Of a DNA stretch of 64,000 nt, positions 1 to 9,177 are shown piece by piece. The notes below the pieces were generated by a model. The model made no database searches. It was not told where the DNA came from and was given only the letters and a program-made list of their open reading frames with translations. This DNA comes from Porticoccaceae bacterium (lineage in GTDB: Bacteria; Pseudomonadota; Gammaproteobacteria; Pseudomonadales; Porticoccaceae): positions 18,628 through 82,627 of the forward strand of contig JAFMBY010000001.1 in NCBI GenBank assembly GCA_017858135.1, in the 5' to 3' direction. A program made the translations under genes and the position numbers. Numbering within the stretch: the first letter of the stretch is position 1; every line of letters starts with the position of its first letter.

Positions 1-2
1 AT

Positions 3-1412
3 ATGCGCAAGACAAAAATAATTTGCACCATTGGGCCAGCTACAGACTCACAGGAAATGCTGGAAAAGCTTGCTAATGCCGGAATGAATGTGGCACGACT
101 TAATATGTCGCATGGCAGCCATGAATCGCACCGCAAGGTGATTGACGCGATCAGGGCTCTCAATCGCAAACTCAACCATCCGATTGCTGTATTACTCGAC
201 ACTCAGGGGCCGGAGATTCGCACCGGTGATATGGCGAATGACCTGCACCTCAACGCGGGAGACACAGTGTCGATTGTTGCCCGTGGGGCGGAAGATGTTG
301 AATCTTCATCTATTCATATCAATTACGATGATCTCATTAACGATGTGGATATCGGCGATATTATCACTGTCGATAACGGCTTGATAAATCTTGAGGTGCT
401 GAGCAAAGAAGAGCGCAATATGCAGTGCAAAGTAATTGATGGCGGTCTGCTCAAAAGTAAACGTCACGTCAACTTACCGGGCATTCGGGTCAACCTTCCC
501 GCAATCACAGAAAAAGATCGCCGCGATATAGAGTTCGGTATGTCCCAGGACGTTGATTTTATTGCCCTCTCTTTCGTTCGTCAGGCAGAGGACATTCGCG
601 AACTGCGAGAGCTGCTCGGAGAAAAAGCCGACAACATTAAAATTATCGCCAAACTGGAAGATCAGGAAGCGATTACCAATATGGTAGAGATCGTCGATGC
701 GGCCGATGGCATTATGGTGGCACGTGGAGATCTCGGTGTCGAGATTCCCCTCGAAGTGCTGCCGCGCATCCAGCGCCGTATTCTCCGTACCTGCGCCGAA
801 ATGGGCAAGCGCGCTATTGTCGCAACTCACATGCTTGAGTCGATGATCGAAAACCCCATCCCCACCCGCGCAGAGGTAACTGATGTTGCCAACGCGGTTT
901 ATGAGGAAGCCGATGCCATTATGCTCTCCGGTGAAACCACCGTGGGCAAATACCCGGTCAAATGTGTCGAGATCCTCGATCGCATTGCGCGCTCCACCGA
1001 GAGTAGTCGCGGTCTCAAGTTCACCGATAATCTAGTGATTGAAGGGGACAAACAGCAGATTGCCAAGGCCGCCGTCAATCTTGCGGAGGCCATTTCTGCG
1101 AAAGCGATTATTGTGCCGACAAAGCGCGGTCGCATGGCTAATCGCGTGACTAATTGCCACCCCCAGGAATCGATTATTTGCGCCTTTACCAATAGTGGAG
1201 CAACACGCCGTCAGCTGGTGCTAAACCGCAATGTCCTCAGTTATCAAATTGATTTTGGCAAGGACTCAGATGAAACACTGGCAGCCGCCGCAGCCATTAT
1301 GATTAAGCGCGATGAATTCTCGCCGGAAGATCGGGTAGTGGTGATTTCAGATACGCTTGCCGGCGATGGCATTGAAGCCATTCAGATTCGCCAGATTGCT
1401 GACCTACTCTAA
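3..1412 (+). CDS. pyk: Pyruvate kinase
   Basis: 469 aa; MRKTKIICTIGPA N-terminus, ARLNMSHG, DTQGPEIRTG, MVARGDLGVE, DAIMLSGET motifs. Confidence 0.97.
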   Translation: MRKTKIICTIGPATDSQEMLEKLANAGMNVARLNMSHGSHESHRKVIDAIRALNRKLNHPIAVLLDTQGPEIRTGDMANDLHLNAGDTVSIVARGAEDVESSSIHINYDDLINDVDIGDIITVDNGLINLEVLSKEERNMQCKVIDGGLLKSKRHVNLPGIRVNLPAITEKDRRDIEFGMSQDVDFIALSFVRQAEDIRELRELLGEKADNIKIIAKLEDQEAITNMVEIVDAADGIMVARGDLGVEIPLEVLPRIQRRILRTCAEMGKRAIVATHMLESMIENPIPTRAEVTDVANAVYEEADAIMLSGETTVGKYPVKCVEILDRIARSTESSRGLKFTDNLVIEGDKQQIAKAAVNLAEAISAKAIIVPTKRGRMANRVTNCHPQESIICAFTNSGATRRQLVLNRNVLSYQIDFGKDSDETLAAAAAIMIKRDEFSPEDRVVVISDTLAGDGIEAIQIRQIADLL

Positions 1413-1428
1413 TTAAAGCCCCCTCAAG

Positions 1429-1451
1429 TCCTCGGCTCTAGGAGCCGAGGA
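1429..1451. terminator. Perfect 10-bp hairpin between convergent pyk and ilvA
   Basis: TCCTCGGCTC-tag-GAGCCGAGGA; overlaps the last ilvA codons; no clear U-tract on either strand. Confidence 0.4.
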
Positions 1452-2952
1452 AAAACTGATAAGCTTCGTTATCAGTCTCGTTAACATAGTGGTAACCCAA
1501 GTTATCGAGAAACCCCGAAAGTTGCTTGAGGTCTTTTTTCGACGCCTGAATACCCACCAGTACGCGGCCAAAAGCTGAGCCGTGGTTGCGATAATGGAAC
1601 ATCGAAATATTAAATCCACCACCGAGCTGAGTGAGGAAATTTAGCAGCGCGCCAGGACGCTCCGGAAATTCAAAGCGGAAAACCTGCTCTTCACCAACCT
1701 GTGGTGAACGCCCTCCGACCATATGGCGAATATGTGATTTCGCCACTTCGTTTTCAGTCATATCCGAGACGGTGTAACCCTGCTCACGCAGCTCAGCCAC
1801 CAACTGATTGCGATCATCATCGCCAGTCACCTGAGCACCGACAAAAATATGCGCCTTGCTGACATCGCTAAAACGATAATTAAACTCGGAGATATTGCGC
1901 TTATGCATGGCTTTGCAAAACGATTTAAAACTACCGGGCTTCTCGTCAATAGTCACCGCCAAAACGGCTTCGCGCTTTTCACCAATCTCGGTGCGCTCGG
2001 AAATATAGCGCAGCCGATCAAAGTCTATATTGGCACCACATTGGATCGACAACAGTGTCTGTCCCTCAGTACCATGCTGCTCGACATATTTTTTTAGACC
2101 CGCCACACCCATCGCGCCCGACGGCTCACAAATTGCTCGAGTATCGTTATAGACATCTTTTATCGCCGCACAGATTTCATCAGTGCTCACGGTAATCACC
2201 TCGTCCACTAACTCTTTGAGTAGACGGAAAGTCTCTTTGCCAATTTGCGCAACGGCTGTGCCGTCGGCAAAAATACCGACTTCTTTAAGGCGCACTCGGC
2301 GACCGGCCTTTAAGGCGGCATCGAGACAGGCACTATCATCGGCTTCGACAGCAACAATTTTTACATCCGGGCGCACGTATTTAACATAGGCCGCAACGCC
2401 AGCACAGAGACCACCGCCGCCGACGGCGATAAAAATAACATCCAAATCTCCAGGCAGTTGACGGAGAATTTCCACTCCGATAGTGCCTTGACCGGCAATC
2501 ACATCTGGATCATCAAACGGGTGGATATAAACCAACCCTTTTTCAGTGACCAGCTTTTGCGCGTGAGCGGATGCAGCATCGTAAGTATCACCGACCAAAA
2601 CTACTTTTGCCCCGCGAGCCCGCACCGCATCAACTTTAATTTGCGGGGTGGTTTTTGGCATCACGATAGTTGCTTTAATAGCCATTTTTTTCGCGGCCAG
2701 CGCTAGGCCCTGAGCATGATTTCCGGCGGAGGCGGCAATCACACCATTTGCTCGCTGTTCATCGGAAAGCTGACGAAGTTTGTTATAGGCACCGCGCAAC
2801 TTAAATGAAAATACCGGCTGTAAGTCTTCGCGCTTTAACAACACCTGATTATTGAGTCGCTGAGAAAGTAGCGGTGCTGGATCGATCGGCGTTTCAATTA
2901 CCAGGTCATAGATACGCGCATCGAGAATTTTTTTCACGTACTTTTGCGACAT
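1438..2952 (-). CDS. ilvA: Threonine ammonia-lyase, biosynthetic
   Basis: LKREDLQPVFSFKLRGAYN (PLP Lys), ASAGNHAQG, two C-terminal ACT-like regulatory repeats (FEFPERPGAL). Confidence 0.97.
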   Translation of the reverse strand: MSQKYVKKILDARIYDLVIETPIDPAPLLSQRLNNQVLLKREDLQPVFSFKLRGAYNKLRQLSDEQRANGVIAASAGNHAQGLALAAKKMAIKATIVMPKTTPQIKVDAVRARGAKVVLVGDTYDAASAHAQKLVTEKGLVYIHPFDDPDVIAGQGTIGVEILRQLPGDLDVIFIAVGGGGLCAGVAAYVKYVRPDVKIVAVEADDSACLDAALKAGRRVRLKEVGIFADGTAVAQIGKETFRLLKELVDEVITVSTDEICAAIKDVYNDTRAICEPSGAMGVAGLKKYVEQHGTEGQTLLSIQCGANIDFDRLRYISERTEIGEKREAVLAVTIDEKPGSFKSFCKAMHKRNISEFNYRFSDVSKAHIFVGAQVTGDDDRNQLVAELREQGYTVSDMTENEVAKSHIRHMVGGRSPQVGEEQVFRFEFPERPGALLNFLTQLGGGFNISMFHYRNHGSAFGRVLVGIQASKKDLKQLSGFLDNLGYHYVNETDNEAYQFFLGS

Positions 2953-3092
2953 GTGTGTTCCATAGTGACATTTTGGTTATCAATGGTAAGTTGATAAACA
3001 AATTTACGCCAGCCTGAAAGCAATCAATCTGTTTTATTGCTGCTATCACCGTATAATTGTGGGCCCATCCAAGATAAACAACGAGGTAAGAC

Positions 3093-3773
3093 GTGGATCA
3101 GGATCAATTAAAGCGCGCAGTCGCTGCAGCCGCTGTCGAGTACACATTAAGCAAGATCAACCCCGACAGTATTGTGGGTATCGGCACCGGCTCAACCGCT
3201 AACTGCTTTATCGATTTACTCGCCGAACACAAACATTGCTTTCAATCAGCAGTAGCCAGTTCTGATGCTTCAGCTGAGCGTCTTCGCGGTCATGGCATTG
3301 AGGTTATAGAGCTCAATGCCGCCGCTGAGGTTACTATCTACATTGATGGCGCCGACGAAGCTAATCCCCATCTCGAACTCATCAAGGGCGGTGGCGCGGC
3401 ACTGACCAGAGAAAAAATTGTCACCGCCGTAGCCAATGAGTTTGTCTGTATTGCCGATGAAAGCAAATGGGTGGACTACCTCGGCACTTTCCCTCTGCCC
3501 GTAGAAGTTATTCCCATGGCGCGTAGCTATGTTGCGCGGGAACTGGTGAAACTAGGCGGTGATCCCGTTTGGCGTGAAAACGTGGTAACCGACAATGGCA
3601 ATCAAATCCTGGACGTACACCATCTCTACCCAGTCGCATCTGCGTGCGCACTTGAGGAAAAAATCAATCACATTACCGGCGTAGTCACTAATGGGTTCTT
3701 CGCGCTGAAACCAGCGGATATATTATTTTTGGCAACTCAGCAAGGTATTGTTACCCACCACCCAAAAACATAA
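3093..3773 (+). CDS. rpiA: Ribose-5-phosphate isomerase A
   Basis: [27 protein letters not shown]; GAGG SD before GTG start. Confidence 0.97.
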   Translation: MDQDQLKRAVAAAAVEYTLSKINPDSIVGIGTGSTANCFIDLLAEHKHCFQSAVASSDASAERLRGHGIEVIELNAAAEVTIYIDGADEANPHLELIKGGGAALTREKIVTAVANEFVCIADESKWVDYLGTFPLPVEVIPMARSYVARELVKLGGDPVWRENVVTDNGNQILDVHHLYPVASACALEEKINHITGVVTNGFFALKPADILFLATQQGIVTHHPKT

Positions 3774-3788
3774 CAAGCGAGCGAAACT

Positions 3789-4784
3789 ATGAAGAAGTAC
3801 CATGTCTGTGGTCTCGGCAATGCCCTGGTCGACACAGAAATTGAAGTGACGGAAAAGAACCTCAATGAGCTGAATATTGAAAAAGGCTTGATGACTTTGG
3901 TCGACGAAGAGCGTCAGCATTTCTTGCAGGCCAGCCTCAGCGACCATTTGGTAATGTCCAAGCGTGCTTGCGGCGGCTCTGCTGCAAACACAGTTATTTC
4001 GCTAAGTCAGTTTGGCGGCAAGAGCTTTTTGTCTTGCAAGGTAGCGAACGACGATAATGGTCAGTTCTATATGCAGGATCTGCTTGATAATGGTGTTGAT
4101 CACAATGCACATGCACAGATCTCGGAGGGTATTACAGGAAAATGTTTGGTGATGATCACCGATGATGCCGACCGCACCATGAACACGTTTCTCGGCATCA
4201 GCTCCGAACTCTCCAGCGCCGATATTGATGCAGAGGCCATCAGTAACTCAGAGTATCTGTATATTGAGGGCTATCTGGTCACCGGGGAAAGTTCCCTACA
4301 CGCCATTCATGAAGCCTGCGATATCGCCCGGCAAGCAGGGACCAAAATTGCCCTCAGCTTATCGGATCCAGGGATTGTCGAACATTTTCACGACAGTCTA
4401 AAAAGCATTGTCGGGAATGGCGTTGATCTGCTGTTCTGCAATGAACAGGAAGCGCTGAGCTGGTGTCAGACAGACGATCTCGATCAGGCGCTAGAGCATT
4501 TGCAGGATAGCGCTGCGCAGTTTGCAGTCACTCTCGGCAGCAACGGTTCAGTGGTGTTTGATGGCAATGACTATCTGCGCGCAGCGGCACAACCTGTTAC
4601 CGCTATCGACACCAATGGGGCAGGTGATATGTTCGCCGGAGCCTATCTCTACGGCTTGACGCACGGATACTCCTGTCTGTCGGCAGCGGTATTTGCCAAT
4701 CGCGCAGCCAGTGCAGTGGTCGGTCAATATGGGCCTCGTCTGCATAGCGCCGAGTACGATGGCTTAAAAGAAGGGTTAAATTAA
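3789..4784 (+). CDS. PfkB-family carbohydrate kinase (adenosine/inosine kinase-like)
   Basis: GLGNALVD, CGGSAANT, DTNGAGDMFAG motifs. Confidence 0.88.
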   Translation: MKKYHVCGLGNALVDTEIEVTEKNLNELNIEKGLMTLVDEERQHFLQASLSDHLVMSKRACGGSAANTVISLSQFGGKSFLSCKVANDDNGQFYMQDLLDNGVDHNAHAQISEGITGKCLVMITDDADRTMNTFLGISSELSSADIDAEAISNSEYLYIEGYLVTGESSLHAIHEACDIARQAGTKIALSLSDPGIVEHFHDSLKSIVGNGVDLLFCNEQEALSWCQTDDLDQALEHLQDSAAQFAVTLGSNGSVVFDGNDYLRAAAQPVTAIDTNGAGDMFAGAYLYGLTHGYSCLSAAVFANRAASAVVGQYGPRLHSAEYDGLKEGLN

Positions 4785-4824
4785 CCACTCTCCGAGCAGC
4801 GGCCGGTACCTGTGCAGAGCAAGC

Positions 4825-7347
4825 TTAACGGCCGATTTGGTCCAGTGGCTGAGGGTGCTGAAATAGAAAACCCTGCAGGTAATCTACCCCGATCTTCTTC
4901 AGCAACTGCAGCTGCTGCTGATTCTCGACGCCCTCGGCCACAGTGGTAATGCCCATAATATGGCCGAGGTGGTTGATGGTGCTGACAACGGAGTAATCCA
5001 CGTCACTGTTTTCCATGGTGTGAATAAAACTTGAGTCAATTTTAAGACAGTCTATTGGCAGTTCTTTTAAATAGGCAAATGATGACAGGCCGCTGCCAAA
5101 ATCATCCAGAGCAATCGACACCCCCACAGAGCGCAATGTCGAGATTAAGCGCTTGGCCTCCTGTAAGTGTTTTACCGCGGCGGTCTCAGTAATCTCAAAT
5201 TGAATATGCTTTGGCGAAATCCCGGTTTCACTAAAACCACTGAGAATATAGTCAATGGCATTCTCATCTCCCACCGTGGTGCCAGACAGATTTACCGATA
5301 GCAGCGGCAGAGGTAAGCCCTTCGATTGCAGCCTCTGGAGGAATTTTAGTGAATGGCTAAATACCCACTTATCCAAATCATCTATCAACGAAAAGTGTTC
5401 GGCACCAGGAATAAATTCCGAGGGTGGTAAAATGCTGCCGTCACTGTCGCGCATGCGCACCAGCACCTCATAGCATTTGGCTGGCCCTGAAGTCGCGTTA
5501 ATGGGCACAATCGGCTGGGCAAATAGCGTAAAGCGATCTTCATCTAGTGCCGAGACAATCTTAGGCATGCTCGTGGCAAGGTTGCGTCGCCTGGCGACCT
5601 CTTCATTGAATGACTGAAAATGAATTTTATTTCTGCCTTTGTCGCGAGCCGTCGCGCAGGAAGAGCCTGCTGAGATCATCAGATCAATATCCGACAGCGC
5701 AGTTTCGTCAATCAGTATGGCGCCAATGCTCGCACCAATTTTCAGTACTTCGCCCTCCCAGGGAACGCGCAACTGTTTCAGTTCAGCGAGTATCTGCTCC
5801 GCCAGCAACATTGCCTTGTCGTAATTTACGCGATGTAACAATAGCGCGAACTCGTCATTGCCGATGCGCGCGGCGATATCGCTCGGCCCAGCAAGCCGCA
5901 TAAGCAGCTGGGCAAACTCTTTGAGGAGTTCGTCACCGGCGGTGTGGCCACTGGTATCATTGATGACAGAGAAATTGTAAAGGTCAATGTATAGCAGAGC
6001 GTGTATAGCTCCTTCCTGCCGAGCAATTTCAATCGCCTTTTGAATGCGCTTGGAAAGTGATGCTCGATTGGGCAACCCGGTTAGTGAGTCGTGCATCGCA
6101 TGCCATGTGAGGCGACTTGATACGCGACGCGCTTCGCTGAGCGGCCTGAATATAACTAAACACCTTGATATTCGCCCCATTAAATCACGTAGCGGAAATG
6201 CCGACACCGAAACACTCATGGTCATCGCGCCGCGGACTTTTAACAGCAATGATTGATCGGACTCGACATTAAGAGCCTTATTCAAGGCATCGTGCACCGG
6301 CGTCACCGCAACGCCGGTCTCCTCATTAGCGAGAGGCATAGCCATATGAATCTGGATCGGGCTAGACTTATCTAACTCAAAGCCCAGCAACTGTTCGGCA
6401 ATCGGGTTCATCTCCAGCAGGAAGCCCTCAGCATCGACCAGCAACACTGCATCGGCGATATGGCGAGCGGTCAAATCAAATAACTGCCCGCGGTTAATCA
6501 ACTCGTCAGCCTGCTGACTGGCCTCCGTGCGATCATGGCAGATAATAACCAGCTCGTCCTTCTCCGCCGCCGAATGGAATAATTTGATATCCAGGTAACG
6601 GCTTTCTCCCTGCGACGTAGCGGCGAGGAGATAGCCCTGTAGATGCTTGGCAGAGAGACTCTTCAGATTTTCCTCCAGATCAAGCCCCTCCATTTCATCT
6701 AGCCCGGGAAACAGAGTTCGCACAGAGCTGCCGAGCAACAGATCGTCATTGTAGGCAAATAGTTTCTGCGCTTTTTCGCTTACCCTAGAGATAAAACCAA
6801 AACGATCAGTGGTGATGTAAGCAGAATTTTCATCGATAAGAAAGGCGTTGGCCTGACCATGATCTGTCTCACCATCAAGCGCACCCGACTCAAGTTTGGG
6901 CAGTGCGGTCTGCTCGTTAGGCGTTTTTTTTACTGAGCTTTGCAATGTGAACTGGATTAAGCCGTAAATATTGGCGCCATCTTCATAGGCGGTCATTGAG
7001 ATCGCAAGTAGCGACGAACTGTCGCGAGAAAAGGCCTGGGCAAACTGATTTAAAAGTCGGCTATCTGCCGCGGGAGTAAACTGACGGTGACTAATAGTGC
7101 TAATCATCTCGTGTAATTCAGCAGTGAACGCACTGCCCAGCAGAGCCGGAAATAGCGCATAGAAACGCTTGCCTTGAGACTGGCCCGAAGAGACCTGGCA
7201 GAAATCAGCAGCTTTGCGGTCAATCATAACCACTCGGAAGTTGCGGTCTACGACCATGACGCCGCCCTTTAAGCGCGCGGCGACTAGGGCCCGACTTAAC
7301 TCAGACCCTGCTCCACTAACTCCTTTTATGTGGAAAATATCGTTCAT
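4825..7347 (-). CDS. PAS/PAS-GGDEF-EAL c-di-GMP signalling protein, probable phosphodiesterase
   Basis: PAS-like repeats; HDSLTGLPNR; degenerate GNDEF; EAL domain with EVLVRM, EITE, DDFGSGLSS, AEGVE, QGF. Confidence 0.9.
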   Translation of the reverse strand: MNDIFHIKGVSGAGSELSRALVAARLKGGVMVVDRNFRVVMIDRKAADFCQVSSGQSQGKRFYALFPALLGSAFTAELHEMISTISHRQFTPAADSRLLNQFAQAFSRDSSSLLAISMTAYEDGANIYGLIQFTLQSSVKKTPNEQTALPKLESGALDGETDHGQANAFLIDENSAYITTDRFGFISRVSEKAQKLFAYNDDLLLGSSVRTLFPGLDEMEGLDLEENLKSLSAKHLQGYLLAATSQGESRYLDIKLFHSAAEKDELVIICHDRTEASQQADELINRGQLFDLTARHIADAVLLVDAEGFLLEMNPIAEQLLGFELDKSSPIQIHMAMPLANEETGVAVTPVHDALNKALNVESDQSLLLKVRGAMTMSVSVSAFPLRDLMGRISRCLVIFRPLSEARRVSSRLTWHAMHDSLTGLPNRASLSKRIQKAIEIARQEGAIHALLYIDLYNFSVINDTSGHTAGDELLKEFAQLLMRLAGPSDIAARIGNDEFALLLHRVNYDKAMLLAEQILAELKQLRVPWEGEVLKIGASIGAILIDETALSDIDLMISAGSSCATARDKGRNKIHFQSFNEEVARRRNLATSMPKIVSALDEDRFTLFAQPIVPINATSGPAKCYEVLVRMRDSDGSILPPSEFIPGAEHFSLIDDLDKWVFSHSLKFLQRLQSKGLPLPLLSVNLSGTTVGDENAIDYILSGFSETGISPKHIQFEITETAAVKHLQEAKRLISTLRSVGVSIALDDFGSGLSSFAYLKELPIDCLKIDSSFIHTMENSDVDYSVVSTINHLGHIMGITTVAEGVENQQQLQLLKKIGVDYLQGFLFQHPQPLDQIGR

Positions 7348-7390
7348 CCTTTTACACCTTCAGTTTTAAACTTAGGGTTTTACTCCGTAT

Positions 7391-8461
7391 TTATCCTTGA
7401 GAGAGCAGCTCCCTGAGGTCGATAATAGCAGCGTTGGCGCGACTAATATAAGACGCCATCACCAACGAGTGATTAGCCAGCAGCCCAAACCCTTCTCCGT
7501 TAACAATCAACGGTGCGTTAACCGGCTGTTGGCTCATTTCAAGCTCGCGAATAATCTGCTGCACACTGGCGATAGCGTTCTTGCGCATCAGTACTTCCGC
7601 AAAGTCCACCTCTACCGCCTTTAAAAAGTGTAAGAGCGCCCAGGTCGTGCCGCGGGCCTCGTAAAAAGTATTATCGATCTGTAGCCAATTGGTTTTCACG
7701 GTAATCTCTCCCGCTGCCTGGGTCGACTGACGATTCGCCGCGTCACCGGAAAGATCGGTGTTGATACGCCGCTGGCCTACACTCGCAGATAATCGCTGCG
7801 AAAGGCTACCCAGCCTAGTTTCGACAGTACTTAACCAGTAGCGCAGATTGTCCGCCCTGGCAAAAAACTGCGCATCAGGCGCCGCGGGATCAACCAGCCG
7901 TTCAAGGTAACTGGTCAAATATTTTTGGCCATCTGCATACTCAGATTCCGGCCAGGGCACTGCCCAACTACGATGATCGATATGCAACCGTGGCTCGGCT
8001 ATCGCCAGATCTCTATCTTCGGTCGACTGTGACTGGGAGCGACTAAAAGCCTCTCGGTTAGCTTTACTGAGATCGCGAATTTGCACCAATACGCCGAACT
8101 CCCAACTGGGAATATTGTCTAGCCAAACACCTGGCGGCATCATGTCATTACTTAAATAACCCCCTGGCTTTTGCAACAGTACCTCAATCGTGTGAATCAA
8201 CGTCGCTGTTGTCGTTGCGCCGACCACCGGAGACTTTCCAGCAAGCACCAAATCCGCCTCAGCTCGAACATCAAAGAGATCTGGTTCAGCACTCCAATAC
8301 CAGCCAATGCCGATTAGTAGCAGGACAATGACTAACAGACCGGCCAATACGCCACGCAGAGAGTTGGTTTTTCGTGCGTCCACAAAACCGTCTGCGATTT
8401 TCTCACCGGACTCTAGGAAAGGCTTTCGTCCAACTGTTTTAAGGCGGCGCCAGAATTTCAT
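7391..8461 (-). CDS. DUF2333 family protein (N-terminal TM anchor)
   Basis: GWYWSAEP, LDNIPSWEFGVL, LSQRLSASVG, FYEARGTTWALL, NHSLVMASYISRANAA resemble this family; start overlaps the PCuAC stop (ATGA). Confidence 0.8.
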   Translation of the reverse strand: MKFWRRLKTVGRKPFLESGEKIADGFVDARKTNSLRGVLAGLLVIVLLLIGIGWYWSAEPDLFDVRAEADLVLAGKSPVVGATTTATLIHTIEVLLQKPGGYLSNDMMPPGVWLDNIPSWEFGVLVQIRDLSKANREAFSRSQSQSTEDRDLAIAEPRLHIDHRSWAVPWPESEYADGQKYLTSYLERLVDPAAPDAQFFARADNLRYWLSTVETRLGSLSQRLSASVGQRRINTDLSGDAANRQSTQAAGEITVKTNWLQIDNTFYEARGTTWALLHFLKAVEVDFAEVLMRKNAIASVQQIIRELEMSQQPVNAPLIVNGEGFGLLANHSLVMASYISRANAAIIDLRELLSQG

Positions 8462-8988
8462 TGTTGATCACCGCTGGCTGGCTGTTTATGCATACCATGT
8501 TTACCCATAGAGTGGTCATTCATAGAGTGACTTTTCATTTTAGGTGCAGGGTCAGATTTTTTAAACAGACTGCGGACTTCAGCAACCATCGCAACCGACC
8601 CGCAGTCCTCGGAGGTTAGGCTAATGCTGTGACTCTCGCCAGGCGTCAACTGCCGATCCACACCAAATAGCATTAGATGAAACCCGCCGGGGCGAAATAC
8701 CTGGGTCTCCCCAGCCGGCACTGTCAATGAGGGAACTGGACGCATTTTCATCATGCCGTCACTATGTTGATGCTCGTGAATTTCAAGCCTGCTAGCAATT
8801 GATGAGGAGCCGCCGGTAATTGTACAGGCTCGGTCGCTATCGTTGATCAACGATAGATAACCAACGGTGGTTTGCTGACCGGGAGGCGCAGCACGAATAT
8901 AGACATCTTCTGCAATCAGGCCATCGGCCGTCGCAAAATGTGCTGCCGTGCAGCAGAAAACGAAACAGCAAATTAATCGATTTTTCAT
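8458..8988 (-). CDS. Periplasmic copper chaperone PCu(A)C
   Basis: Start moved to ATG 8988 (AAGGA SD; signal-like N-terminus); IHEH...GMMKMRPV and PGGFHLML Cu-binding motifs; His/Met-rich tail. Confidence 0.88.
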   Translation of the reverse strand: MKNRLICCFVFCCTAAHFATADGLIAEDVYIRAAPPGQQTTVGYLSLINDSDRACTITGGSSSIASRLEIHEHQHSDGMMKMRPVPSLTVPAGETQVFRPGGFHLMLFGVDRQLTPGESHSISLTSEDCGSVAMVAEVRSLFKKSDPAPKMKSHSMNDHSMGKHGMHKQPASGDQQ

Positions 8989-9177
8989 ATTATTCCTTGC
9001 CCAAACTATAGCATGCCGCAAAGACATTGATCGCAAACAGATCTTTAATCTCCGCGGCCCAAGACGACTCATTAAAACCAGATTAGCGAGCACACACGTA
9101 TCACCGTGCATTATACTAGAGCACCGCAGAAATACAGCCATGAGCAAGAACATAAAAGAAGACATCTCGGACTGAAT

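Noticed and set aside
2953-3092. Ile/Val/Leu leader peptide upstream of ilvA
   Set aside because: The short ORFs present are not enriched in branched-chain amino acid codons and there is no attenuator structure.
8989-9165. N-terminal extensions given by the ORF track for PCuAC, and likewise for dsbD (9106), the EF-hand protein (29616), OsmC (23390) and trxA (59310)
   Set aside because: Downstream ATGs have better SDs or yield proper signal peptides and family N-termini.
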